UHGV virus genome: UHGV-0096558
Reading direction: 5' to 3' (one strand)
DNA length: 54,457 nucleotides
Source: a virus
The notes beneath the pieces were generated by a model, which was not told where the DNA came from, searched no databases, and saw only the letters and a list, made by a program, of their open reading frames with translations. Of the stretch, positions 44,009-54,281 are shown one piece after another. Position 1 is the first letter of the stretch, and each line of letters begins with the position of its first letter. The position numbers and the translations under genes were made by a program.

Positions 44009-44092
44009 ATGAAAGAGCTATTCGACTGGTTGGAAGTATTAACATACTGCGCAAGTTTTGTTGCTTGCGTATATATCATCAATAAATATTGA
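44009..44092 (+). CDS. mini-ORF 8: 27-aa hydrophobic peptide (MKELFDWLEVLTYCASFVACVYIINKY)
   Basis: Manual translation; RBS AAGGG; ends 10 nt before terminase small subunit gene. Confidence 0.4.
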   Translation: MKELFDWLEVLTYCASFVACVYIINKY

Positions 44093-44102
44093 GAGGTGAA
44101 TT

Positions 44103-44588
44103 ATGGCCCGCACTAAAAAGGCAAATGCTGACGATAAAAAGCCAGCCGCTAAAAAGGTGGGCCGTCCGCATGGTTATACCGAAGAAAAGGCATTAGAAAT
44201 CTGTGAGCTGGTGGCGGACGGTCAGAGCGTTAATAAAATATCGAAGATGCCTGGTATGCCTACCCGTTCAACAATCCTGAAGTGGTTTAGGGATGTGCCT
44301 GAATTTTCGGACATGTATATGCGCGCGAAAGAAATCGGCTTCGAGGTATTAGCTGATGAGATCCTCGACATAGCTGATGATGCTAAGAACGTTGATAAAG
44401 ACCAACTACGCCGCCACCAACTAATGATTGAAACGCGTAAGTGGTTACTGGCAAAACTGCAACCGCGCAAATATGGCGAACGCGTTACACAGGAGATCGT
44501 CGGCAACAAGGAAGAAGCGCCCGTCCAGGTTGAAGTCACGAAAGAAGAGATCGCCCGCATCGTCCAGGAAGTAGAAGACGAGGTGTGA
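44103..44588 (+). CDS. terminase small subunit
   Basis: 161 aa; HTH-like N-terminus (GRPHGYTEEKALEICELVADGQSVNKISKMPGMPTRSTILKW); directly upstream of large terminase. Confidence 0.8.
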   Translation: MARTKKANADDKKPAAKKVGRPHGYTEEKALEICELVADGQSVNKISKMPGMPTRSTILKWFRDVPEFSDMYMRAKEIGFEVLADEILDIADDAKNVDKDQLRRHQLMIETRKWLLAKLQPRKYGERVTQEIVGNKEEAPVQVEVTKEEIARIVQEVEDEV

Positions 44589-44590
44589 TT

Positions 44591-46069
44591 ATGTTGTCCA
44601 TCAAAGAAAGGGTTATTCAGTCAAAATGTGAAAACGATGGCTTGTTCTTCAACCGTTACTTCTACAAGCAGGCAAACGGAACGAAGATGTTAATCTCAGG
44701 CCATCACATAGCCATACGTGATGCACTGCAACGTGTTATTAATGGTGAGATTACCCGCCTCATCATTAACATCCCTCCAGGGTACGGTAAAACCATGATC
44801 GCAACTATCAACATGATGGCGCGGTCCCTCGCAATAAATCCCCGCACACGCTTCCTTCACGTTTCCTATTCCGACAACCTTGCGTTACTCAATTCCTCGA
44901 CAGTCAGAAGCATGGTTTGTTCGCAGGAATACCAAAAGCTATGGCCCATGAAGATCCGCAACGATGCCAACAGTAAATCGATGTGGTGGACGGAACAGGG
45001 CGGCGGGATATATGCCGCATCGTCACACGGTCAGATTACGGGTTTTCGTGCTGGGTACATGGAGCCAGGCTTTAACGGCGCGATGATTATCGACGACCCA
45101 TTAAAGCCCGCTGACGCTTACTCTGATGTGATGCGGGAGAAGGTAAAGACCAACTATAACGACACGCTGGCTTCACGTCTGGCAGTGCAAACCACGCCCG
45201 TGATCGTCATTATGCAACGCATCCACTACGATGATTTGTCCGGCTACCTGTTACGCGGTGGCAGTGGTGAGAAATGGTATCACCTTAACCTGCCAGTGAA
45301 GATCGACAATAGCATCGACTATTGGGATCTGTACCCTGAAAACGAATTCGCTATTCCTATTGCTCACAACCTGCCAGACGGCTGGCTATGGCCTAAAAAG
45401 CACAATGATAGCCATGAGGCCGGACTGAAAGCTCACCGTAGGTCATTCGAGGCACAGTACATGCAGCGCCCGCGTAAATTCGACGAGGAAGGCGCGTTAT
45501 GGACTGAAGCCATGATAACCGCCGCGCACCGGATGCAGATAACGCAGGACAAGATCCGCACGGTGATAGCCATCGACCCGGCGACAACATCATCTGATGA
45601 GTCAGACGAAACAGGGATTGTAGCCTGTTCAGCCTATGGTGGCGGCAAGTACGCACAGTATTCTGTAGATGGTGACTATTCAGGCCGCATGTCTCCTAAC
45701 GACTGGGCGCAAGCATCAATGAACGCTTACAACATCCATGAAGCTGATGCGATCGTTATCGAAACAAACCAGGGCGGTGAAATGGCTAAGGCCACGCTAC
45801 GTAATGCCGGATTCAAGGGGCGCATTGTTGAGGTGCACGCAAGTAAAGGTAAATTCGCCCGCGCCGAGCCAATATCAGCACTGTATGCACAAGGAAGGGT
45901 GGCGCACACTGGCAACCTGTACACGCTGGAAAACCAGATGATGGAATATGTGCCAGCCACCGCCAAAAAATCACCTGACCGTATGGACGCTATGGTATGG
46001 GGTATCACTGAACTAAGCCAGCCACAGGCGATGGGCCTTATGTTGCCTAAGCGCCTGCGCGGATTTTAA
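44591..46069 (+). CDS. terminase large subunit
   Basis: ATPase Walker A-like IPPGYGKT, DE-containing Walker B (MIIDDP), C-terminal nuclease region; ATG at 44591 (alternative GTG 44585). Confidence 0.8.
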   Translation: MLSIKERVIQSKCENDGLFFNRYFYKQANGTKMLISGHHIAIRDALQRVINGEITRLIINIPPGYGKTMIATINMMARSLAINPRTRFLHVSYSDNLALLNSSTVRSMVCSQEYQKLWPMKIRNDANSKSMWWTEQGGGIYAASSHGQITGFRAGYMEPGFNGAMIIDDPLKPADAYSDVMREKVKTNYNDTLASRLAVQTTPVIVIMQRIHYDDLSGYLLRGGSGEKWYHLNLPVKIDNSIDYWDLYPENEFAIPIAHNLPDGWLWPKKHNDSHEAGLKAHRRSFEAQYMQRPRKFDEEGALWTEAMITAAHRMQITQDKIRTVIAIDPATTSSDESDETGIVACSAYGGGKYAQYSVDGDYSGRMSPNDWAQASMNAYNIHEADAIVIETNQGGEMAKATLRNAGFKGRIVEVHASKGKFARAEPISALYAQGRVAHTGNLYTLENQMMEYVPATAKKSPDRMDAMVWGITELSQPQAMGLMLPKRLRGF

Positions 46070-46147
46070 AAACCATCCCACAATCCCCCACAAGTTTTTC
46101 TATTTTTCGCGTAGCAACGCGTAAACATGTATTCAGGAGTAAACATT

Positions 46148-47521
46148 ATGCCATCCAATTTAGAATTGGCGGTTAATGCTGCCTTGTCACAACGCCAGGC
46201 GGCCTTTGCCCGTTATGCCGCCGCTCACCCATTCACTATGGGTATTGATGCTAAGCGTAGCGCCGCGTGGAGTGAGTACGGATTCAAGGAAGAGATTACC
46301 TATACCGATTTATATAAGCTGTATCGTCGCGGTGGTATTGCTCACGGGGCCATTGAAAAAATTATTACCACATGCTGGCGTGACACTCCGGCGCTGATAG
46401 AAGGTACTGAAGACGAGAAAGCGGAAACGGAAACACCCTGGGAAAGAGAAATCAAGAAACAATTCGATAACCGATTCTGGCGTGTTGTTGCTGAATGCGA
46501 TCGCCGTCGCCTGGTTGGTCGTTATGCCGGACTATTGATTCACGTCAAAGATAACCAGCCGTGGGATCGTCCAGTAACCAAAGGCGTAGGCATTGCCAAA
46601 TTCACCCCTGTATGGGCTGGCGCACTGACACCGAAGGATTTCGATGAAAACCCGGATAGCGATAACTACGGCCTGCCGACATGGTGGGAATACAAAGAAC
46701 GCATCAACAGTAAGACCATCGCAAGGAAAATACATCCAGACCGGATATTTATCTTTGGTGACTATTCTGATGATGCTATCGCTTTCCTTGAGCCATCCTA
46801 TAACGCATTCGTCTCACTGGAGAAAGTGGAAGGCGGTAGCGGTGAGTCATTCCTGAAGAACGCCGCACGCCAGCTTGCCATCTCATTCGACAAAGACATT
46901 GACTTCCGCTCACTGGCTGCAACGTATGACTGCGACGTTGCAGAGTTACGCGAAAAATTCAATGAAGCCGCAGCGGAAATGAATAAAGGTAATGATGTGA
47001 TGATGGCGTTACAGGGGGCAACAGTAAGCCCGCTGGTAACTGCTGTATCTGACCCGTCCGCAACCTATGACGTAAACCTGCAAACCGCCGCCGCTGGTAT
47101 CGACATTCCGACGCGTATCCTGGTAGGGAATCAGCAGGGCGAACGCGCATCAACTGAAGATCTCCGGTATTTCAATAACCGATGCATGACCCGCCGTCAG
47201 GAAATCGGAGGTGAGCTTGAAGAGCTATTCCGCAAACTGGCAGATCTGCGCCTTATCAGTATGCCAGTCGATATCTCTGTTTTATGGGATGACCTTAACG
47301 CCATGACAAAAGCCGAGCTATTGGAAGCGGCACACAAAATGGCGCAAATCAATCAGGCATGTCTCGCTACTGGTGAGGAAATATTTAGCGGCGATGAGAT
47401 CCGCGAAGCTGCCGGATACGATGGCCCAGCCAGTGAAGTAGAACCGGAAGACGAGGAAAACGATGATGAAGGTGAAGAAAATAATCAGGAGAATACCGCC
47501 CTCCGCGATAATTCCATCTAA
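46148..47521 (+). CDS. portal protein
   Basis: Position after TerL; about 460 aa with acidic C-terminal tail; ATG at 46148 with RBS AGGAG. Confidence 0.7.
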   Translation: MPSNLELAVNAALSQRQAAFARYAAAHPFTMGIDAKRSAAWSEYGFKEEITYTDLYKLYRRGGIAHGAIEKIITTCWRDTPALIEGTEDEKAETETPWEREIKKQFDNRFWRVVAECDRRRLVGRYAGLLIHVKDNQPWDRPVTKGVGIAKFTPVWAGALTPKDFDENPDSDNYGLPTWWEYKERINSKTIARKIHPDRIFIFGDYSDDAIAFLEPSYNAFVSLEKVEGGSGESFLKNAARQLAISFDKDIDFRSLAATYDCDVAELREKFNEAAAEMNKGNDVMMALQGATVSPLVTAVSDPSATYDVNLQTAAAGIDIPTRILVGNQQGERASTEDLRYFNNRCMTRRQEIGGELEELFRKLADLRLISMPVDISVLWDDLNAMTKAELLEAAHKMAQINQACLATGEEIFSGDEIREAAGYDGPASEVEPEDEENDDEGEENNQENTALRDNSI

Positions 47522-48407
47522 CACCGAAGACCCGACCATGACAGGGAAGTTGCGATCGGGAGCTATTAAGCGTTTCAAATCCTGCCTGAAGAAAATAGCC
47601 GATCCATATATCGCCATACTGGGCAAAATACAATATAGCCTGGCTGTTAATAAGAAATACACATTCCAGATTTACATGGATGAATTGCACGACATGCTGG
47701 AGGACGCCAGCGACATGATTGATGAGATATTCGAGCTAACCGACCCGGAAAGTTTTTGGTTCTGGCAGGAATACGTGAAGGTCGCGTATCAGCGAGGCAC
47801 GGCACAGGAATACGCCAACCTTGCTAATCAGTCGGTCACGTACTCAAGCGCTTACCCTGATGTATCCGCCGTGCTATCAAGCACAACCTACCGCACGCGC
47901 CTTGCCCTGGTCCGTACCCGTGTATTTGAAGAAATGCGCGGGCTAACAGCACAGATCAAGAAGGATATGGCCCGACGATTAACCGAAGGGATGGCCCGTG
48001 GCTTAAACCCACTGGAAATAGCGCGCACATTGCAGCAGGAAACGCAATTGCCGCTATACAGGTGCAAACGTATTGCCCGAACTGAAATATGCACAGCGTT
48101 ACGCACAGCGCGTATGGATGAGGCAGAAGCGGCGACAGAAGAGCTTAATCTGCGCACTATGCAAATGCACATTTCGGCATTGTCACCGACTACCAGGCTA
48201 TCGCACGCGCAGCGGCACGGGAAAACATACACCATAGATGAGCAGCGCGAATGGTGGAGCAGATCCCCAAATTCAATTAACTGCAAATGTAGCACGATTA
48301 CCGTATTGGTTGACGAAGACGGTAACATATTAAACAAACGAATATTAGATCGGGCGCAAGAAAACTATAAGGTTGCGCACGCTAAATATGGCGAAGATTG
48401 GGAGTAA
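47463..48407 (+). CDS. head morphogenesis protein (Mu F / SPP1 gp7-like)
   Basis: Position after portal; start uncertain (ATG 47463 with RBS GAGGA overlapping portal end, or ATG 47538). Confidence 0.65.
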   Translation: MMKVKKIIRRIPPSAIIPSNTEDPTMTGKLRSGAIKRFKSCLKKIADPYIAILGKIQYSLAVNKKYTFQIYMDELHDMLEDASDMIDEIFELTDPESFWFWQEYVKVAYQRGTAQEYANLANQSVTYSSAYPDVSAVLSSTTYRTRLALVRTRVFEEMRGLTAQIKKDMARRLTEGMARGLNPLEIARTLQQETQLPLYRCKRIARTEICTALRTARMDEAEAATEELNLRTMQMHISALSPTTRLSHAQRHGKTYTIDEQREWWSRSPNSINCKCSTITVLVDEDGNILNKRILDRAQENYKVAHAKYGEDWE

Positions 48408-48411
48408 AACC

Positions 48412-49683
48412 GTGAGTAAAGAACTGATTCAGGTTAATACCAAATTAACCGCTAATACAATCCGCCGGGAAACGTATAACGGGCGTGAACATATTGTCGT
48501 CCCGTCCTACACGTTACCATTCAATATCGTTATGAATCGGGAATATTACCCGGAAGCTGAAATTATCGCTAATTACCAGTCGCTGGAGGGAACACTCGCC
48601 CCGTTAGGTCATCCTACCGTGGACGGTAAATTTGTTTCCGCATTTAGCCCGGAAGGATTAAACACGGGTTTTTGTGGAGCGTGGAATAGAAACGTTGAAT
48701 TACGCGGCAACCGTGTTTATGTGGAAAAATGGGTGGATGTGGAAACCGCCAGCCATTCAGAGCAAGGCCGCGAATTATTAAGCAGACTGGAAGCACTGGA
48801 GAAAGGAGAAAGCAAAGATCCGATCTGGTCATCCGTCGCTGTATATCGTCAACGTATGCCAGCTACTGAAGAGATGAAAGCCCAGGGGGCCGACCATGTG
48901 GTGAAAATCATGTCTATCGACCATGACGCTATTTTGCTGCATGAGCCGCCAGCCGCTTCACCAGAGCAAGGCGTTGGCCTGATGGTTAATACTGACCAGG
49001 CGAAACCGTTAATGGCGGTGGCAATGAAAGAAAACAGCTACCGCACACTTGAGAAACAATTAACCGACGCCGCGCGGGAATTATTCCCTGATGCCGATTA
49101 TGTGTATGTGGTGGACTTCACTGATAAAGAAGTGACGATCGCCACTAATACTGAAAGTGCTCAAGTTTGCACATATGAAAAACAGGCTGATAAAATTATT
49201 CTCAATAATGGCGAGCTTGCAACCAACGAGGAAAGTAAATCCTGGTTTACGCAGTTCGCTGAACACCTTTCTAATCTTTTCTCCCTGAATGAAAAAATTA
49301 AGGCCAATAAATCGGAGGACGATCCCATGCCTTTGACCAAAGAAGAACGCGCCGAACTGGTAAAAGAAATTAACGAAGGCTTAGCCGCTAATATCGCTAA
49401 TGCAGTAGCAGAGGCATTAAAACCAGTACAGGCAAGCGTTGAAGAATTACAGACCAATCAGAAAGCGATTAAAGAAGAGATCGCAGCAAACGCAGATAAA
49501 GAAGCAGCAGAAAAACGCGCCGCAGTAGCAAAAGTACACGGCGAAATTGTTGCTAACGCATTAAGTGGGGAAGCGTTAGAAGCAATGTTTAAATCCCTGG
49601 GCAAAGCCGCGCCAATGGCAGCAAACTCCGCCGCTGGTGGAAATAAACCTGCTACCCCTGACATTAACAACTATTTCGCATAA
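48412..49683 (+). CDS. putative scaffolding / prohead-processing protein
   Basis: GTG at 48412 with RBS GGGAG (alternative ATG 48388); C-terminal Ala/Glu/Lys-rich coiled coil typical of scaffold proteins; position between MuF-like and capsid genes. Confidence 0.5.
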   Translation: MSKELIQVNTKLTANTIRRETYNGREHIVVPSYTLPFNIVMNREYYPEAEIIANYQSLEGTLAPLGHPTVDGKFVSAFSPEGLNTGFCGAWNRNVELRGNRVYVEKWVDVETASHSEQGRELLSRLEALEKGESKDPIWSSVAVYRQRMPATEEMKAQGADHVVKIMSIDHDAILLHEPPAASPEQGVGLMVNTDQAKPLMAVAMKENSYRTLEKQLTDAARELFPDADYVYVVDFTDKEVTIATNTESAQVCTYEKQADKIILNNGELATNEESKSWFTQFAEHLSNLFSLNEKIKANKSEDDPMPLTKEERAELVKEINEGLAANIANAVAEALKPVQASVEELQTNQKAIKEEIAANADKEAAEKRAAVAKVHGEIVANALSGEALEAMFKSLGKAAPMAANSAAGGNKPATPDINNYFA

Positions 49684-49693
49684 GAGGTGAATT

Positions 49694-50104
49694 ATGGCCC
49701 GTTTTCGTCGTGTGAATATTGACGGTAAATCTATTACCGAAACCGCAGTATCTGCCGCAGAGCTTAAACCAGGCACCCCTGTTAAAATGACGGCTGGTAA
49801 ATTCGTTGCCGCCACCGATACCGAAGGCCGTATTTATGTTGTTAATCCGGCATACCATGAAGGCTTGGGTATTGAAGATGCAATTCCGGCTGGTCATTCC
49901 GTGGTCGCTGACTACGCAGAAGAAGCCCGCGAATTCGCAATCCTGCTTCCTGAAGGTACTTACACCAAAGACGCAGGAATCACCATTGGTGCTGATGGCT
50001 TTAAGGTCGCGGCAACTGGTGAATCTGCCGATCCGGTTTTCGCTTTCTGCCAGGAAACTGTAACCCTTGAAGCGGCTGATTTTGTACGTGTCCGCGTTGC
50101 ATAA
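49694..50104 (+). CDS. putative head structural / decoration protein, 136 aa
   Basis: Position between scaffold-like and major capsid genes. Confidence 0.4.
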   Translation: MARFRRVNIDGKSITETAVSAAELKPGTPVKMTAGKFVAATDTEGRIYVVNPAYHEGLGIEDAIPAGHSVVADYAEEAREFAILLPEGTYTKDAGITIGADGFKVAATGESADPVFAFCQETVTLEAADFVRVRVA

Positions 50105-50123
50105 TAATAAGAGGTGAAAAACT

Positions 50124-51176
50124 ATGTTGTTTAATAAACACAACCTTGCTACCAACAGCCGCATTCGTGCCCAGTGGGATCACCTTTGGGCGCAGCGCAA
50201 CATGTTCAATGATCGTGACGGCGCTCTTATTGCCGCAAATATGGCAAACATGACCGCTGACATCCTGGCATGTAATGCCGTTGGCGGCTTCGATCAGGAA
50301 TTTTGGAAAGCTGTCGATAACCAGATTATCGAAATGAGCACCGAAGAGACTGGTATTGAAATTGTAAACGATCTAATGGCTGTACAAACCGTATTACCGA
50401 TCGGTAAAACAGAGAAAATGTACAGCGTATCCGGTGATATTAACGATGAAGTCGTCGTTAGTATTGATGGTCAAGCCCCGCATGGCTTTGATCACACTGA
50501 ATATGGCAGCGATGGCGACCCGATCCCGATGTTCGCAGCGGGTTACGGTGTTAACTGGCGTCATTCCGAAGGTCTGAAAACTGTAGGCATCGACCTTGCA
50601 CTGGATAGCCAGCGTCTGAAACTGCAAAAATTCAACAAAGCCCGCGTTGATTACTACCTTAACGGTAACGCAAAAATCAACGTCAACGGTAAACCTGGTC
50701 AGGGTATTAAAAATCACCGCAATACCCAGCAACTGACCATGACCACCGAAGACCTCACCACTGACTCATTCGATGACATCATCAAATTCTTCACCACTGG
50801 TGCATTCGGTGTTATGGCCCGTAACAACCGCGTTGATCAGTATGACATCATGTGGGTGTCCCCTGAAATTATGGCTAACCTGGCAGCGCCGCACATTGCA
50901 AACGGTACTGTAGTCGGTACTGTGCTGAATATCGTTAAACCGTTCATTCCGGTTAAAGAAATCCGCCAGACCTACGCTCTGACAGGTAACGAGTTCATCG
51001 CTTACCAACGCCGCCGCAACGTCATTACCCCGCTGGTTGGTATGACGACTGGTGTCGTTCCTCTGCCGCGCTTTATGCCGACTGATAACTACAACTTCAA
51101 AATCATGTCTGCCGAAGGCTTACAAATCACCTGCGACATGCTGGGCCGTTCCGGTGTCGTTTACGGTCACAAATAA
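50124..51176 (+). CDS. major capsid protein (probable HK97-fold)
   Basis: 350 aa; position; strong terminator directly after gene. Confidence 0.6.
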   Translation: MLFNKHNLATNSRIRAQWDHLWAQRNMFNDRDGALIAANMANMTADILACNAVGGFDQEFWKAVDNQIIEMSTEETGIEIVNDLMAVQTVLPIGKTEKMYSVSGDINDEVVVSIDGQAPHGFDHTEYGSDGDPIPMFAAGYGVNWRHSEGLKTVGIDLALDSQRLKLQKFNKARVDYYLNGNAKINVNGKPGQGIKNHRNTQQLTMTTEDLTTDSFDDIIKFFTTGAFGVMARNNRVDQYDIMWVSPEIMANLAAPHIANGTVVGTVLNIVKPFIPVKEIRQTYALTGNEFIAYQRRRNVITPLVGMTTGVVPLPRFMPTDNYNFKIMSAEGLQITCDMLGRSGVVYGHK

Positions 51177-51195
51177 TTTTGTATTTCCTGTAACT

Positions 51196-51223
51196 CCCCG
51201 GCGCGATGCCGGGGATTTTTTTT
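51196..51223 (+). terminator. rho-independent terminator (TCCCCGGC / GCCGGGGA then T8)
   Basis: Read directly after capsid gene. Confidence 0.7.
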
Positions 51224-51240
51224 GTATGTGGAGAAAACAA

Positions 51241-51628
51241 AATGGTTACTACACAACAGGCGCGGGAATACCTTGAAAGCCAGGGTGTGGAAATACCCGA
51301 TGTAATTTTATCCTTGCTGGTGGAGCAGGCAAATAGCGTTAATGAATGCCTTGATGCCAACTATCCGGCCTCCACTGCAACATTAATCCAGCTTTATCTC
51401 ATTGGCCTGTTAGGACTCAGCCAGGCTGATAAATACGTTTCCTCGCAGACTGGTCCGAACGGTGCAAGCCAGTCCTACCGCTATGTCGATTTCAGTAAAA
51501 GATGGAAAGCGGCCTATTCGTTGCTTTACTCCCTTGATAAGCATCATTGCACAGCCGAACTGATTCCGGCTGATCCTGATAACACCGCGCACGCCGGACT
51601 ATGGATAGGTAAGAGTGGGAGGATGTAA
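51241..51628 (+). CDS. putative head-tail connector / DNA packaging protein, 129 aa
   Basis: ATG at 51241 with RBS GGAGAA; position. Confidence 0.4.
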
Positions 51629-51630
51629 CC

Positions 51631-51816
51631 ATGTGGAACGACCTAACATTACCAGATCCGGTATTACCGAAACTGTTCACCCGCGTATGGGTGAAGACAG
51701 ACACCGGGCGACAGGTAGCCGCCTATCTCAATGATGCTGGCGAATGGGTAATTCTTTGCCCGCGCGTGGCGAAAACTCATCCGAAAATTGTTAAGTGGAG
51801 TTACGGCTATGAGTAA
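51631..51816 (+). CDS. hypothetical protein, 61 aa
   Basis: ORF track. Confidence 0.45.
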   Translation: MWNDLTLPDPVLPKLFTRVWVKTDTGRQVAAYLNDAGEWVILCPRVAKTHPKIVKWSYGYE

Positions 51817-52177
51817 GATCGCGCGATTCAGCTACAAGGCATTAGCCACCATTTACCCCGTAACGCGTGACGACTGGACAAACTCCGATGTATACGGTGC
51901 ACCATACCTGATTGATTGTTCATGGGAGCGCACCGACGGCACGGCAACAGACACAAACGGCAATGAGGTTAGCAATACAATAACCGTATTTACCGAACTG
52001 CTTCACAATATGCAGCCAGTACAGCGCCCTGATAGGGGGTGGATGATTGCCACTGGTGACACCACTGATATTTCCGACCCGCTGGCGGCAGGTGCGAACG
52101 TTATAACCGGAATCGTTGAATGGGATATGAGCATGTTTAACGACACGCCGGATTATAAGATCGTGACAGGGGGTTAA
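51809..52177 (+). CDS. putative head-tail adaptor / head closure protein
   Basis: ATG at 51809 within ORF 51788..52177; position. Confidence 0.45.
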   Translation: MSKIARFSYKALATIYPVTRDDWTNSDVYGAPYLIDCSWERTDGTATDTNGNEVSNTITVFTELLHNMQPVQRPDRGWMIATGDTTDISDPLAAGANVITGIVEWDMSMFNDTPDYKIVTGG

Positions 52178-52179
52178 TC

Positions 52180-52644
52180 ATGCCTATCAAGGGTGTTAAA
52201 CGTGTCAGGGAGCGATTAAAGCAGGAGCTAAAGGAAATCACAGATAAGAAAACTCATGAGGTGTTATGGCGTGTAGGAATGCTGGCTGGTGGCTTTGCTG
52301 CGAATATGACGCCAGTCGATACGGGTTTTTTAATTAACAGTCAATTCCAGTATATAGGTAACACGGCGGAGGGTATGCAGTTACGGCTGGGATATACGGC
52401 CCGTTACGCTGAATGGGTGCACAATATGCCGGGCACATTAAAAGGCCAGCCGCGCGAACATTTCGGGAAAACAAATAACCTTTCAGATTTCGGGCCGAAA
52501 CAGGTAATTGAGTTCGGCGGCGGTACTGGAAAGGGTAAATATTGGGACCCAAACGCGGAGCCGGAATTTTTGCGCAAGGCATTCGAAGATCCAAACAACG
52601 CCGACGATATTTATAAAGAGATTGTAGAAGGTTACAAAACATGA
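52180..52644 (+). CDS. HK97 gp10-like tail component protein
   Basis: 154 aa; position in head-tail joining block. Confidence 0.45.
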   Translation: MPIKGVKRVRERLKQELKEITDKKTHEVLWRVGMLAGGFAANMTPVDTGFLINSQFQYIGNTAEGMQLRLGYTARYAEWVHNMPGTLKGQPREHFGKTNNLSDFGPKQVIEFGGGTGKGKYWDPNAEPEFLRKAFEDPNNADDIYKEIVEGYKT

Positions 52645-53027
52645 AACGCAGCGAAGTATACGACGAAATAAGGGATTGGATTAAATTCCACGGGTACGAT
52701 GAAGGCTATATTTTGCAGGCCCGTTTCTGGAATGAGCGATCCAATTCAAATAACGACAGATACATTGTCATCCAGCAAAACGGCGGCGCGGCTGGAGAAG
52801 AAGCAATAACCCGTGATTATTTCCGCATCCTGGTTATTTCCGCGCGTAATGATGCAAATATCAGTGAAGTGGAAGACCTTGCCGACGCCATCCGTCAAAG
52901 TATGTTAACCGAATACAGAACTGATAAAATTACATACATGAAGCCAGTAGGCGCTATTCCTGCAATGCAGACCAGAGAAGGGCGCTTTATTTTTACCGTA
53001 GCTTTTCAAACTATCATATCCAGATAA
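52641..53027 (+). CDS. putative tail completion / terminator protein
   Basis: Position immediately upstream of tail tube gene. Confidence 0.4.
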   Translation: MKRSEVYDEIRDWIKFHGYDEGYILQARFWNERSNSNNDRYIVIQQNGGAAGEEAITRDYFRILVISARNDANISEVEDLADAIRQSMLTEYRTDKITYMKPVGAIPAMQTREGRFIFTVAFQTIISR

Positions 53028-53039
53028 GAGGTAATAAAC

Positions 53040-53525
53040 ATGTCTCAGACTTGCGAAAAAGGCGCATTTTCAGGCCGCGACGTTGCTGTATTCTTCGCTA
53101 TCGCTTGTCCAAATGCGAAGCCGGACACTGATGATTATAAAGCGTTAGGCATGATGCGTGGTAAAACCCTTTCCGTCGAATGGGAAACCGCAGACGCCAC
53201 CGCTGATAAATCCGCCGACTACACTAAAGAATCCCTGGTCACTTACAAAAATATTTCATTCTCAGGTGACGGCGTATCGCGTACTGAAGAAATCCACAAC
53301 CAGAAGACACTAAAACGCCACGTTATTAACCCAGGCCAAACGACCGGATCTCAGCCGTATGTGTGGCTGAAAATTGTTTCTCCTGTAGACGTAACTGAAG
53401 GGCCGTTCCTTTGCACTTCCTTTAAAGAAGAAAACCCGCACGATGACGCGTCTACCTGGTCTATTGAGTGCTCAAGCGCCGGACAGGTGACTTGCGGCGA
53501 CATCCCGACAGATCCGGTGGTGTAA
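53040..53525 (+). CDS. major tail (tube) protein
   Basis: 161 aa; position between tail completion and chaperone genes. Confidence 0.5.
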   Translation: MSQTCEKGAFSGRDVAVFFAIACPNAKPDTDDYKALGMMRGKTLSVEWETADATADKSADYTKESLVTYKNISFSGDGVSRTEEIHNQKTLKRHVINPGQTTGSQPYVWLKIVSPVDVTEGPFLCTSFKEENPHDDASTWSIECSSAGQVTCGDIPTDPVV

Positions 53526-53578
53526 TAAACAATTTCAACAATCGGGGCCATCTGGCCCCTTTCTTTTAGGGTGAAACT

Positions 53579-54256
53579 ATGATTCATGTTCGTACCGGAC
53601 AATTTGCAGCGGTGGTGAACGGTAAACGCTATGAATTTAACCCGTGCTTCGCTGCGATGGCTAAGATAGGTAATGACAGGGAACTGGTTGAATACTTCGC
53701 GCTTATCCATGGAAGCAAATACCCTTCACGCTTACCTGTAGATCCAGACCTCCGCAAACGCGTTATGGCGCGGTGTTATGGTGAGATAGTGCAAACGTCA
53801 ATACACATCCTTAAATGTTGCTCAGACGACGAAACAGGCCCGTTATTGGGCGAATGCTGGTTTACTCCTTCAGGTAAGTTAAAGTTAAAGCCCGGATTAA
53901 TGCCGATCGAGGATGTCATCACGCTTGCGCAGCACTGCATGTACCACGGTCTTATTGGTGATGGCCCGGAAGAGGAATCCGGGGAGATCCAGGAGGGGGA
54001 ATATAAGCCAACGTTTGACATACTGGAATTCGTTTATTCTGCCGTTGCTCACCTGGGATTGTCAGAATCTGAAGCATGGGCCATGACTATGACCGGATAT
54101 AGGGCCGCTGTACGCGCTAAAACGCCGCCAGACGAAAGAAATGAGAGAAGCAAACCAAACGTTCACATAAATAAACGTGCTTATGACGAGCAAATGGAGG
54201 CCGCTAAAAGGGTGTTAGAAATGATGAAAAATCGTGAGCAAGAAAAAGCCCGGTAG
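53579..54256 (+). CDS. putative tail assembly chaperone
   Basis: Position between tail tube and (across the window junction) tape measure; acidic; no frameshift partner ORF recognised. Confidence 0.4.
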   Translation: MIHVRTGQFAAVVNGKRYEFNPCFAAMAKIGNDRELVEYFALIHGSKYPSRLPVDPDLRKRVMARCYGEIVQTSIHILKCCSDDETGPLLGECWFTPSGKLKLKPGLMPIEDVITLAQHCMYHGLIGDGPEEESGEIQEGEYKPTFDILEFVYSAVAHLGLSESEAWAMTMTGYRAAVRAKTPPDERNERSKPNVHINKRAYDEQMEAAKRVLEMMKNREQEKAR

Positions 54257-54271
54257 ATCCGGGCGTTTTTG
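54247..54271. terminator. bidirectional terminator-like hairpin (GCCCGG / CCGGGC) with T-run downstream and A-run upstream
   Basis: Between convergent chaperone gene and minus-strand ORF fragment. Confidence 0.5.
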
Positions 54272-54281
54272 TTAAGTTCGC

